From positions 1,152,001 through 1,216,000 of the forward strand of contig CBDFJG010000003.1 in the NCBI GenBank assembly GCA_965248445.1: DNA of 64,000 bases, written 5' to 3'. A model generated the notes under the pieces. It did no database searches, was not told the DNA's origin, and worked only from the letters and a program-made list of their open reading frames with translations. The stretch is from Planctomycetota bacterium (lineage in GTDB: Bacteria > Planctomycetota > JAJSAM01 > JAJVHW01). A program made the translations under genes and the position numbers. Shown here one piece after another: positions 31,603 through 41,325 of this stretch (position 1 is the stretch's first letter; the number at the start of each line of letters is the position of its first letter).

Positions 31603-32190
31603 GTACCTGTTCAGCCCTTGATCTGACCGAGGATCCAGATTGTTCCGACGCGGGTCGATGAAGAGTGTGTGGGCACCGACGAGTTGCGCGAGCTGGTCGA
31701 GCGGATGTCGCGTCGGCTGAACGACGCGGAGGAGACGATCGCGTCGCAAGCGGAGGTGATCGAGCGTCAGGCAGCCCGCATCGACGAGCTCGAGAGCCGA
31801 TTGCGACGCGACTCCCGCACATCGTCGCGGCCGCCCTCGTCGGACCCGTCGTGGTCCAAGAGGCGGCGGCGGCGCAAGCCGCCGTCTGACAAGAAGCAGG
31901 GTGCGCAGTCGGGTCACGAGGGCACGACGCGCCAGCTCGTGGACGAGTCCGAGGTCGATGATGTCCAGGACCACCGTCCGCAGGAGTGCAGCTCCTGCGG
32001 TAGCGGCGCACTCATTGCGGTCGATCGTGCCCCCACGCGGCAGCAGGTCTTCGCGCTACCGCCGCGACTGGTCCACGTGACCGAGCACCGGCTGCACCGC
32101 GCTCGCTGCACAGGGTGTGGGATGACGTCCACGGGGCGTCTGCCCGATGGCGTCACCGCCAGTCCCTTCGGTCCACGGCTCACCGCACTG
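31603..32190 (+). mobile_element. IS66-family (single-ORF type) left fragment, interrupted by IS3
   Basis: Starts GTACCTGTTCAG, similar to GTAACCGTTCAC at 62874. ORF from 31669 has RDSRTSSRPPSSD, GAQSGHEG, CxxC..CxxC and FGPRLTAL, homologous to the 62941 ORF. Confidence 0.85.
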
Positions 32191-32245
32191 TGGAGTTCCC
32201 CCGGTTCGGTGGACACCCGACCACTGAGGTTGGGAGGATGTCCAG

Positions 32246-32560
32246 ATGCCCAGATCGAGACCACCGTACGACGAGGAGTACAAGCGCCAGATCGTCGAGT
32301 TGCACCGCGCCGGCCGGAGCGTGATGAGCCTGTGCCGCGAGTTCGAGCCGACGGAGATGACGATCCGCAAGTGGATCAAGCAGGCCGCGCTGGACGCCGG
32401 AGAGCGTGACGACGGCTTGACCACCGCGGAGCGCGATGAGCTGCGCAAGCTCAGACGAGATGTGCGCCGGCTGCGCGAGGAGCGCGACATCTTGAAAAAA
32501 GCCGCGGCCTGGTTCGCTCGGGAGACGCGCTCGATCCCAGAGAAGGGTTCGGGTTCGTGA
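32246..32560 (+). CDS. IS3 transposase OrfA
   Basis: YDEEYKRQIVEL HTH, ERDILKKAAAWFA; A6G slippery site at 32495-32501. Confidence 0.92.
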   Translation: MPRSRPPYDEEYKRQIVELHRAGRSVMSLCREFEPTEMTIRKWIKQAALDAGERDDGLTTAERDELRKLRRDVRRLREERDILKKAAAWFARETRSIPEKGSGS

Positions 32561-33414
32561 GCGATCACCAGGCAGAGCACGACGTGGCCACCATGTGTCG
32601 GGTCCTCGGCGTCTCGAGGAGCGGGTACTACGCATCGCGCGGCCGTGCGCCCTCGAAGAGAGATCGCGAGGACGCTGCCCTGACCGAGCGCGTCCGCGAG
32701 ATCCACGAGCGCTCTCGCCAGACGTACGGATCACCGCGCATCCATGCCGAGCTGCGCTACGAGGGCCTCCACATCGGTAGGAAGCGCGTCGAGCGCCTCA
32801 TGCGCCAGGCTGGGATCGAGGGCGTGAGCCGCCGCAAGAGAGCCAAGACCACGAAGCGCTCGCAGCGTCAGGCGCCGGCCGCCGACCTGGTCGATCGCGA
32901 CTTCACGGCCGACGCACCCGATCAGCTCTGGGTGGCCGACATCACGTACGTGCCGACCTGGACGGGGTTCCTGTACCTGGCGGTCGTCCTCGACGTCTGG
33001 AGCCGCCGGATCGTCGGCTGGTCCATGGCCACGACGCTCCACACCAAGATCGTGCTGGACGCACTCGAGATGGCCGTGCGCCAGCGCCAGCCCCTCGGAG
33101 TCGTCCACCACTCCGACCAGGGCTGCCAGTACACGTCGCTCGCCTTCGGGCGGCGCTGCAGAGAAGCGGGCGTCAGGCCGTCCATGGGATCGGTCGGAGA
33201 CGCCTACGACAACGCCATGTGCGAGAGCTTCTTCGCCACGCTCGAGACCGAGTTGATCGACCGCACCAGCTTTTCGACCAAGTCCGCAGCGCGGTTGGCG
33301 GTGTTCGACTTCATCGAGGGCTTCTACAATCCGCAGCGGCGACACTCCTCCATCGAGGACCTGTCGCCGATCGAGTTCGAGCGCAGATTCCGGCAGAGGG
33401 CCGGAGTTGCATAG
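32557..33414 (+). CDS. IS3 transposase OrfB (DDE); OrfAB probably made by -1 frameshift
   Basis: TYGSPRIHAEL, WVADITY, HHSDQGCQY, DNAMCESFF, FYNPQRRHS. Confidence 0.95.
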   Translation: MSDHQAEHDVATMCRVLGVSRSGYYASRGRAPSKRDREDAALTERVREIHERSRQTYGSPRIHAELRYEGLHIGRKRVERLMRQAGIEGVSRRKRAKTTKRSQRQAPAADLVDRDFTADAPDQLWVADITYVPTWTGFLYLAVVLDVWSRRIVGWSMATTLHTKIVLDALEMAVRQRQPLGVVHHSDQGCQYTSLAFGRRCREAGVRPSMGSVGDAYDNAMCESFFATLETELIDRTSFSTKSAARLAVFDFIEGFYNPQRRHSSIEDLSPIEFERRFRQRAGVA

Positions 33415-33447
33415 CCCCCGGGTGTCCACCGAACCGGGGGAACTCCA

Positions 33448-34127
33448 GTTCGAGTCGGACGCAAGCGCGTCGAGCGACTCATGCGCGAGGCGGGCATCGA
33501 GGGCGTGAGCCGGCGCAAGCGGACGAGGACGACGAAGCGGGCCAAGCGTCACGCACCCGCCGCCGATCTCGTCGACCGCGACTTCACGGCCCACGCCCCG
33601 GACGAGCTCTGGGTCGCGGACATCACGTACGTGCCGACCTGGTCGGGCTTCCTCTACCTCGCCGTCGTCCTCGACGTCTGGAGCCGGCGCATCGTCGGCT
33701 GGTCGATGGCGACGACCTTGCACACCAAGATCGTGCTGGACGCGCTGGAGATGGCCGTTCGTCAGCGTCAGCCCCTCGGCGTCGTGCACCACTCCGACCA
33801 GGGCTGTCAGTACACGTCACTCGCGTTCGGGAAGCGGTGTCGAGAGGCCGGCGTCCGGCCGTCCATGGGCAGCGTCGGCGACGCCTACGACAACGCCATG
33901 TGCGAGAGCTTCTTCGCCACGCTCGAGATGGAGCTCATCGATCGCACCAGCTTCCCGACGAAGTCCGCAGCACGCCTCGCTGTGTTCGACTTCATCGAGG
34001 GCTTCTACAATCCGCAGCGGCGACACTCCTCCATCGAGGACCTGTCGCCCATCGAGTTCGAGAGGCGGCGACGGCCGGAGGCCGCCGTGTCATAGTCCCC
34101 GGGTGTCCACCGAACCGGGGGAACTCC
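33448..34127 (+). mobile_element. 3' remnant of a second, closely related IS3; its terminal A is displaced to 36109 by the intron
   Basis: OrfB fragment (VGRKRVERLMREAG...EAAVS*) diverged from the first copy; right IR CGGGTGTCCACCGAACCGGGGGAACTCC lacks its final A. Confidence 0.92.
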
Positions 34128-36108
34128 GTGCGCCACGAAGGTGTCGATGTCCAGCAAGTGAGAGTCTTGTCCGTGAAACTGACGGTCCACCACGGTAGCT
34201 ACCCGGGCACGGTCGGTCGGCAACGATCGGCGGTGAAGCCCCGGGGACAGGGGGCCGCTTCTGGCGGTCCGGCAAACCCGCAGGCCGCAATGCGTGTGAA
34301 TCCTGAGCAGGCCCCGAAAGTGAAGTCGCAGACGCCGACCCGCCGGAGTTACGGGGAAGGCCGCAGCGCGTCCGGGAAGCGACCGTCAAGCGCACCGGGT
34401 GCGGTCCGCCGGGGTATGGGGAGCAGCATGCGGGGAAGGACATCGTCGCAACGTGGGAGGCCCGGTCGGGTGCGGGGTCGTTGCCCGCAGCGTCACATCT
34501 GGTGGCGGCCTGGCCGGGAGTCGGACGGGTGCGTAGTACCGCTGAAGCCGGGTAGTGCCGGTGGAGGGAAGGCGCCCTACGTCTGGGACGCTCTCGAAGC
34601 GGCCAAGGGTCGGGGATTGGCGTGAGCCTGGTAACCCCACCGAAGATCCGGCGGCTGCAGAGGAAGCTCTACGCGAAGGCGAAACAGGAGCCGGGCTTTC
34701 GCTTCTACCAGCTCTACGACAAGGTCCACCGGGAGGACATCTTGGCCCATGCGTACGCGCTCTGCCGCAGCAACGGTGGTGCGCCCGGCGTGGACGGGGT
34801 GGACTTCGCGGAGATCGAGTCAGCGGGGCTTGCGGAGTGGCTGTCGCGGCTCGGGGAGGAAGTGCGGAGCAAGAGATACAAGCCGGACCCGGTGCGCCGG
34901 GTCCTGATTCCGAAACCTGGTGGTGGCGAGCGCCCGCTTGGGATTCCGACCATTCGGGACCGAGTGGTGCAGACCGCTGCCAAGCTGATCCTGGAATCGA
35001 TCTTCGAGGCGGACTTCGAGGACTGTGCCTTCGGGTACCGTCCGAAGAGAAGCGCCCAGCAGGCGGTGAAGGCCGTGCACCGGGCCCTTTGTCAGGGCTA
35101 CACGGACGTGGTCGACGCCGACCTGTCGAAGTACTTCGACACGATCCCGCATCATGCACTGATGCATTCGGTGGCCCGCCGTGTGATGGACCGCCATATG
35201 CTGAAGCTCATCAAGGGCTGGCTGAAGGTGCCGGTCTGGGAGCGGGACGGCGACGGACGCACGCGGATGTCGGGCGGCAAGAAGAGTCGCTGCGGCACGC
35301 CGCAGGGCGGCGTCATCAGCCCCCTGCTCGCAAACGTGTACATGCACCGCTTCTTGCGGGCATGGCGCGAACGCGGCAAGGGCTACGCGTTTCGGGCGCA
35401 CATCGTCAACTACGCGGACGACTTCGTCATCCTGAGCCACGGCAACGCGGCAGAGGCTCTGGCGTGGACGCGCGGTGTGATGGGCGCCATCGGCCTTTCG
35501 CTGAACGAGACCAAGACTCGCCTGTGCAACGGTCGCACGGAGTGCTTCGACTTCTTGGGCTACACCTTCGGCCCGGCGCGCTACTGGAAGACCGGGAGCG
35601 CATACCTGGGAGCGATGCCGTCGAAGAAGGCGGTGGCGCGGCTGAAGCGCCGTGTCCACGAGGAACTGGGAAGAGGGATTGTCTCGCCGTGGGACGAGGT
35701 GCGTCTACGCCTGAACCGGGTCCTCCGGGGCTGGTCGGCGTACTTCAACTACGGCGCGCGCCGCAAGTCGTACCGAGCGATCGACAACTACGTCGAGAGC
35801 GCGGTGCGCGACTTTCTCCAGCGCCGCCACAAGGTGCCTGGACGGGGCATTCGGCGCTTCGGCGCGGCCACGATCTTCGGGCCGCTCGGCGTGCTGCGTC
35901 TGCGTGACGTGCAACTGGATGGACTGTGACAGCCAACGCGAGAACCCAGTCGGGAAGCCGGATGCGGGAGATCCGCACGTCCGGTTTGACGAGCGGGGGC
36001 GGAAGACGGAGCTACGACGGGACCTGAGGCACCGGCACCGTGGCGAAAGCCGCCGGCGAACTGCTACTCATCCCGATCTATGGCCACCGCGTCCGCCCTC
36101 GACTCCAC
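34128..36108 (+). ncRNA. Group II intron (IIB-like ribozyme, 1981 nt)
   Basis: 5' GTGCG at 34128; domain V AAGCCGGATGCGGGAGATCCGCACGTCCGGTTT (35955-35987, AGC triad); long domain VI; 3' end CTCGACTCCAC. EBS1 GGAGTT (34345-34350) is complementary to the 5' exon AACTCC. Confidence 0.93.
34622..35929 (+). CDS. ltrA: Group II intron reverse transcriptase/maturase (no HNH endonuclease domain)
   Basis: APGVDG, RPLGIPTIRDRVVQ, GTPQGGVISPLLAN, YADD, FDFLG, and X-domain LRGWSAYF; 435 aa. Confidence 0.96.
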   Translation: MSLVTPPKIRRLQRKLYAKAKQEPGFRFYQLYDKVHREDILAHAYALCRSNGGAPGVDGVDFAEIESAGLAEWLSRLGEEVRSKRYKPDPVRRVLIPKPGGGERPLGIPTIRDRVVQTAAKLILESIFEADFEDCAFGYRPKRSAQQAVKAVHRALCQGYTDVVDADLSKYFDTIPHHALMHSVARRVMDRHMLKLIKGWLKVPVWERDGDGRTRMSGGKKSRCGTPQGGVISPLLANVYMHRFLRAWRERGKGYAFRAHIVNYADDFVILSHGNAAEALAWTRGVMGAIGLSLNETKTRLCNGRTECFDFLGYTFGPARYWKTGSAYLGAMPSKKAVARLKRRVHEELGRGIVSPWDEVRLRLNRVLRGWSAYFNYGARRKSYRAIDNYVESAVRDFLQRRHKVPGRGIRRFGAATIFGPLGVLRLRDVQLDGL

Positions 36109-36138
36109 ACTGGTTCTGTACCGGCGAGGGCTCGCGCC

Positions 36139-37344
36139 TTACCAGTCGCTCCACGAGAAGCCGCGCGGCAGCATGTCCCGGAACAGCTGGTCCCGTTCGT
36201 CTCGCTGGCGCTTGCGCTGCTCGATCTCTTCGCGATCCTCCGCGGAGAGCTCGCCAAGACCGAGGCCACGGGCAACCCTTCCCGCGAGCGCAAGCGCAAG
36301 CGCATCTCCGTGATCCGGTGAGCGTCCGGTCCGGTCGCGGATGCGCTTCTTCGGCTCAAGCGCGACTCGGCCGTCGGACTTCATCTCATACTTCGGGGCA
36401 CAGAGGTCCGCTCGCAGGATGTCCTTCACATCGGGGTTGAGGTCGGCGAGAGCGGCTTTCTCACGAAGCCACGTGCGCAGATCCCACCAGAGCTCGGTGC
36501 GGCGATTGGCGAACGTCTCCTCGCCCTTGTAGCCAACCGCCTTGCTGCCGAAGTTGACGGCATTCACGCCCCAGCCGAGTTCGCGGAGACGATCCGTTAC
36601 TCCCCCGCCGACGCCGGTGTCGTCGATCGCGATCCGCCAGGCGTCCGGTATCCACATGCCGAGGTCGCGTGCAAGTGCCACAACGCGGCCGGCGGTGCGC
36701 ATCGTGTCTTGCCCCGACCACGACTCGACATGCGCAACGGCTCCACCGCGGACGACGTAGATCACGGTCTCGTCCGATCCGAAGCGAGCAACGTCCACAC
36801 CGATCGTCGGACGCTCTTCGCACTCCTCGGCCGCTGATCGCGCCAGGGCGCGCTCTACCTCTGCGATCGAGATCAGTGTGTCGATGGCCGTCTCGGGGAA
36901 CAGCCCCAGCACCTTGGTCTGGTAGATGACGCTCCCCTCGCCCCACCGCCGACGCATCTCGTCCACCCACTTCTGGGTCACGCCCCACGGCTGTTGCACA
37001 GCACCGGGCTGGAGGTTCGGGCAATCGAACGCGCTGATGCGCAGCACGCGCCAGTCGGGTGATCGACACACCCGTTCGAACTCTGTTCCGCTCGCGGGGT
37101 TGCCGATGGCGAGGACCTTGGCGTTCTCGGACGTAAGCAGAGAGTCCACCGCGGCCCACACTTCGCGTGCAATGCCACCGGCCTCGTCCAGGATCACGAG
37201 CAAGTGGCCGCTGTGGTAGCCGCTCATCCGCACGGCGCTCTCCTGCGCCTTATCGGGGCTGGTGGCAAACCCCGTCGCGAACCAGTCTGCCTCGATCTCC
37301 CAGTGCGTGAGGCTCGGCGTACCGAGACCGGGGTCGCCACCTAG
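36139..37344 (-). pseudogene. Phage terminase large subunit, N-terminally truncated
   Basis: Walker B LVILDEAGG, IGNP coupling motif, nuclease motifs IGVDVARFGSDETV and SPDHGDAL. Frame is open up to the CTAG at 37341-37344; Walker A is missing. Confidence 0.88.
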
Positions 37345-38820
37345 CAGCGTGTTGAAAAACCGCGTCCCGGCCGATTCTTAGAAGTAGGGGTCGGCCCGGG
37401 AGGACGGTCATGGCATTGGGTAGGCGTGGCGAGGAGCAACAGGGGGCGTTGTGGGTGGCTGCGGAGCGACTGAGGTCGCCGGGGCACCCGTTTTACGACG
37501 CGCTCAACCGCCTCCTGGCCGAGATCGACTTCGACCCGCGGATCGAGGAGTTGTGTGCGTCGTACTACGGCGAAGGCGGTCGCCCGAGCATCCCGCCCGG
37601 CGTGTACTACCGCATGCTGTTCGTGGGCTACTTCGAAGGTCTTGGTAGCCAGCGCGCGATCGAGTGGCGCTGCGCGGACAGCCTGTCGCTTCGCAGCTTC
37701 CTGGGGCTCTCGGCGAGCGATCGCGTGCCGGACCACTCCTCGCTCACGCGCATCCGGCAGCGTCTGGCGCTCGAGATCGACGAGGCGGTGCACCATATGG
37801 TGCTGGGACTGGCGGCGACCAAGGATCTGTTGGAGGGCAAGACGCTGGGGGTGGACGTGACGCTGATCGAGGCGTGCGCGGCGATGCGGCGCATCGTGCG
37901 TCGCGAGGACGGCAAGGACTGGAAGCAGTACGTGAAGGGGCTTGCCGAGCAGGATGGCGTGGAGATCCGGGACGACGAGGATCTGCGGCGCTACGACAAG
38001 AAGCGCCGCAAGAAACGGGTGAGCAACAAGGAGTGGGAGTCGCCGACGGACGAAGACGCGCGCATCGCCAAGATGAAGGACGGCCGCACGCGCCTGGCCT
38101 TCAAGGTCCAGCACGCCGTCGCCATGCAGAGCGGCATCGTGGTGGACGCCGCGGCGCACACGGCCGACACCGCGGACTCCGCCGCGATCGAGGAGGGTGT
38201 GCTCTGCGCGCAGGTGCATATGGACGAGGCCGACGCCGACGCGCAGGTCGCTGAGGTCGTGGCCGACAAGGGCTACCACAAGGCCGAGGTGCTGGCGGCC
38301 CTCACGGAGAGCGGACTGCGCACCTACGTGCCCGAGCGCAGCGACGCGCAGCGGCGGCGCTGGATGGACAAGCCGGCGAGTTGGAAGAGCGCGGTGTACG
38401 GGAACCGCCGGCGCGTGAAGGGCACCTACGGCAAGGCACTGCAGCGTCGCCGCGGCGAGATGGTCGAACGGAGCTTCGCGCACGCGTGTGACAGCGGAGG
38501 CATGCGTCGATCGACGTTACGCGGACTGCTGAACGTCCACCGACGAGTGCTCGTGCAGGCCGTCGCCATGAACCTCGGGACGATCCTGCGCTCGATGATC
38601 GGCGTGGGGACTCCCAAGCGGCTGGCGGAGGCGTCGAAGGGCCTTGCAGCGGTCGGATGCGGCGTCTCTCGAGCCCTTCGAGCCGCGGCGGCGGTGCTCC
38701 GTGCCGCGAAAGTGCGAGGCGGCCTCGGCGAGGTGTCCGCGACTTGGTCCCGGACCGGGCCGTCCCAACCGCGCCCATCGAGAGCACTCGCGGCGTGAGG
38801 GCCGCTTCTTCAACACGCTG
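37345..38820 (+). mobile_element. IS1182/IS5-like insertion sequence
   Basis: IRs CAGCGTGTTGAA ... TTCAACACGCTG; flanked by CTAG and CTAA. Confidence 0.85.
37410..38798 (+). CDS. Transposase (DUF772-type N-terminus plus DDE; IS1182-like)
   Basis: GRPSIPP, PDHSSLTRIRQR, TDEDAR, ADKGY, VERSFA. Confidence 0.9.
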   Translation: MALGRRGEEQQGALWVAAERLRSPGHPFYDALNRLLAEIDFDPRIEELCASYYGEGGRPSIPPGVYYRMLFVGYFEGLGSQRAIEWRCADSLSLRSFLGLSASDRVPDHSSLTRIRQRLALEIDEAVHHMVLGLAATKDLLEGKTLGVDVTLIEACAAMRRIVRREDGKDWKQYVKGLAEQDGVEIRDDEDLRRYDKKRRKKRVSNKEWESPTDEDARIAKMKDGRTRLAFKVQHAVAMQSGIVVDAAAHTADTADSAAIEEGVLCAQVHMDEADADAQVAEVVADKGYHKAEVLAALTESGLRTYVPERSDAQRRRWMDKPASWKSAVYGNRRRVKGTYGKALQRRRGEMVERSFAHACDSGGMRRSTLRGLLNVHRRVLVQAVAMNLGTILRSMIGVGTPKRLAEASKGLAAVGCGVSRALRAAAAVLRAAKVRGGLGEVSATWSRTGPSQPRPSRALAA

Positions 38821-38824
38821 CTAA

Positions 38825-40493
38825 CCCGAATCGTTCACCAGCCGGGAATCTGAGCGGGCCGTCGTCTGTCTAAGTGCTCGTACGCGCCAGTACTTGCACC
38901 GACAGGAGCGCCGGCCCGATGACGACAGACTGTAGCCCGCAGGGGACCCTCTTCGCGGGCATCTGTGGACGCACCGCGGTGACGCGCTTCGACGCGGGTA
39001 CCGTGACGAGCGACGGGGGCGTGCTGCTGCTCGAGCGGACCGATCGTCGCATCGATCTGCTCTCGCGGTTTGCGCGCTGCTTCCGCGATCACCGCGACCC
39101 GCGTCGGGTCGAGCACACGGTCGGCCAGATGCTGCGTCAGCGGGTCTTCGGGCTGTGCGCGGGCTACGAGGATCTGGTGGACCACGACCATGTCGGCAAG
39201 GACCCGCTGTTTGCCGCGGCGTGCGGCAAGCGCGAGGGTGCTCTGGCCACGCACCCGACGCTCTCGCGGCTCGAGACCACGCAGCTCGGCGCCACGGCAC
39301 AGACGCGCTACGCCAAGATCGAGATGGACCAGGAGCGCGTGGACAGCGTGCTCAGCGACGTCTTCTGCGAGGCCATGGGGCCGGAGGATCCGGGCCTGCT
39401 CGTGCTGGACCTGGACCACTCCGACGTGCGGCTGCACGGCCGGCAGGAGGGCCGCTTCTTCCACGGCTACTACGGGCACTACTGCTACCTGCCGCTGTAC
39501 GTCTTCTGCGGCGAGCACCTCTTGCTCGCTCGGCTCCAGACCGCTGACAGAGATCCCGCGCGCGGAGTCGTGGACGAGCTCCGTGCGCTGGTCTTACGTC
39601 TGCGGCGCCGCTGGCCCCGGGCCAAGGTGCTCGTGCGCGCAGACTCGGGCTTTTGCCGCGAGGAGCTGATGGCCTGGTGCGAGGCCGCCGGCCACTTCTA
39701 CCTGCTGGGCATGGCGCGCAATGAGCGCCTTGAGCGACACGTCGAAGACGCGCTCGATGAGGCCGCAGCCCGTGCCGTGCAGACCGGCCGAGCAGCCCGG
39801 GTCTTTCGCGACTTTGCCTGGACCACGCTGGGGAGCTGGAGCCAGAGGCGTCGCGTGGTCGCCAAGGCCGAGCACCTGCCGGGCGGCAAGCGCAATCCCC
39901 GCTTCGTGGTGACCAATCTGCCGCCTCGTAGCTGGAGCAGCAAGCGTCTCTACGAGCAGCTCTACTGCGCCCGGGGCGAGGCGGAGAATCGCATCAAGGA
40001 GCAGCAGCTCGAGCTCTTCGGCACCCGTCTGTCGGTGCACACGATGCAGGGCAACGCCGTGCGGATGGCCATGTCGGCCATGGCCTACGTCCTGACCTGT
40101 GCGCTGCGACGCATCGGTCTCGCCGGCACCGAGATGGCGCGTGCGCAAGCCGGCACGATCCGCCTGCGGCTGCTCAAGATCGGCGCGCTCGTGCGGATCA
40201 CGACGCGCCGGATCTGGGTCTCGATGTCCTCGTCGTGGCCCTGGCAGCACGTCTTCGAGCGCTGCGCGCAACGACTGCTGGCATCCCCGAAGCCGACCTG
40301 ACGTCCCGCCGCGCCGTCCGCCACACCACCGCCCGGCCTACGGTCTGCCCACACCGCAGAATCCGCGCCGTTTCGGCCGCTCACTCGCGTTGCCCTTGTG
40401 GCAACGACGACAGCATCCGCCCTCGCCTGGCCAAGATCTGACCCTGTGGACTCCGAAAGCACCGTCATCGCGATGTCTCGTGAACAGATGCGG
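38825..40493 (+). mobile_element. IS1380-family element, copy 1 (1669 bp)
   Basis: IRs CCCGAATCGTTCAC / GTGAACAGATGCGG; near-identical to the inverted copy at 55618-57286. Confidence 0.93.
38919..40301 (+). CDS. IS1380 family transposase
   Basis: FDAGTVTSDGG, GYED..DHD, LHGRQEG.FFHGYYGHYCYLPL, RADSGF, YCARGEAENRIKE. Confidence 0.95.
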   Translation: MTTDCSPQGTLFAGICGRTAVTRFDAGTVTSDGGVLLLERTDRRIDLLSRFARCFRDHRDPRRVEHTVGQMLRQRVFGLCAGYEDLVDHDHVGKDPLFAAACGKREGALATHPTLSRLETTQLGATAQTRYAKIEMDQERVDSVLSDVFCEAMGPEDPGLLVLDLDHSDVRLHGRQEGRFFHGYYGHYCYLPLYVFCGEHLLLARLQTADRDPARGVVDELRALVLRLRRRWPRAKVLVRADSGFCREELMAWCEAAGHFYLLGMARNERLERHVEDALDEAAARAVQTGRAARVFRDFAWTTLGSWSQRRRVVAKAEHLPGGKRNPRFVVTNLPPRSWSSKRLYEQLYCARGEAENRIKEQQLELFGTRLSVHTMQGNAVRMAMSAMAYVLTCALRRIGLAGTEMARAQAGTIRLRLLKIGALVRITTRRIWVSMSSSWPWQHVFERCAQRLLASPKPT

Positions 40494-40555
40494 CTAGCGG
40501 CGCGGATCGCACCGCCAGTCGCCTTTGCCTTCCGGTGGGCAAGTTGCCCCAAGCG

Positions 40556-41011
40556 TCAGACCGTCGGTGTCTCCGTCGTCGGAGTGGGCTCCTGAGCGGC
40601 CTTCTTCGGCGCGGCGCCCGCGCGCTTCGAAGCTTTTGGCTTCGCCGGCTTCGGATCCGTCACTCGAAACCACAGCATCCCGTTGATCGACTTGGCCCCC
40701 GTCACCTTGGCCGCCAGCGCGGAGAGGGAGCGGTACTCGCTGCCCTCCCAGCGGAAGCCCGCGTCCAGGACGACGACCCGGATCTCCCGCCCCTTGTCGG
40801 GCCGGATGAGCGTCGTTCCCGCCGCGGGGAGCCGCGGGTCGCGCGGCCGCTGGGGAGCGGGCTCCGTCGGCTCGGCGGCCGTCGGCTTGGCCGTCTTGCG
40901 CGTCGCCTTGGCAGTCTTCTTCGCCGTCGCCTTCTTGGCGCGAGTCGTCTTCGTGGCCTTTGTGGCCGGGGGCGCGGACCGGGTCCGCTTGCGCTGCGCG
41001 TGCTTGGTCAT
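40556..41011 (-). CDS. DUF2924 domain protein
   Basis: RDPRLPAAGTTLIR..GFRWEGSEYRSLSALAAKVTG..NGMLWF; GGAGG RBS. Confidence 0.8.
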   Translation of the reverse strand: MTKHAQRKRTRSAPPATKATKTTRAKKATAKKTAKATRKTAKPTAAEPTEPAPQRPRDPRLPAAGTTLIRPDKGREIRVVVLDAGFRWEGSEYRSLSALAAKVTGAKSINGMLWFRVTDPKPAKPKASKRAGAAPKKAAQEPTPTTETPTV

Positions 41012-41143
41012 GAAGCACCTCCTTGTCTGCGGACATTCGCTCGACTGCGCGCTCGATAGCGAGGTGTCGCCGCCCTGAAACACAGGAAACACAAAGGTTT
41101 CGAGGCGACGAGAACCGCCTTGACTTGGAAGCTGTGAGATGCC

Positions 41144-41325
41144 TCAAGCGACCGCTTCGACGGTCCAGATCTCGTCGTCCTGGCTGGTCCGGTAGAGGGA
41201 AGTCTGGGCGTCGAAGTCCCACCGCTCGTTGAGCAAGAAGACGCCCGCGACCTCGAGCCCACCCGCGGCACCCGTGTGCCCCGACAGAACACGCCGCAGC
41301 GCGAGCCCGAGCGCCGTTGCCTCGC
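41144..41325 (-). pseudogene. C-terminal fragment of a possible phage tail-completion (DUF3168-like) protein
   Basis: ATALGLALRRVLSGHTG..VAGVFLLNERWDFDAQTSLYRTSQD; recognised by eye only. Confidence 0.35.

Larger units (their letters stand above)
32191..33447 (+). mobile_element. Complete IS3-family element (1257 bp)
   Basis: Terminal IRs TGGAGTTCCCCCGGTTCGGTGGACACCCG ... CGGGTGTCCACCGAACCGGGGGAACTCCA (TG...CA); orfA and orfB present. Confidence 0.95.

Noticed and set aside
34097..34127. Class IIC-type targeting after a terminator hairpin
   Set aside because: Domain V has an AGC rather than CGC triad, and a full 6-bp EBS1/IBS1 pairing explains the site.
34312..34316. CCCCG as EBS2 pairing with CGGGG in the IS inverted repeat
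   Set aside because: It could equally be the alpha' partner of the internal CGGGG near 34242; this cannot be resolved without a structure model.
34622..35929. RT as part of a retron, DGR or CRISPR-associated system
   Set aside because: It has canonical group II intron boundaries, domain V and a maturase domain; no template/variable repeats, msr-msd or cas genes are present.
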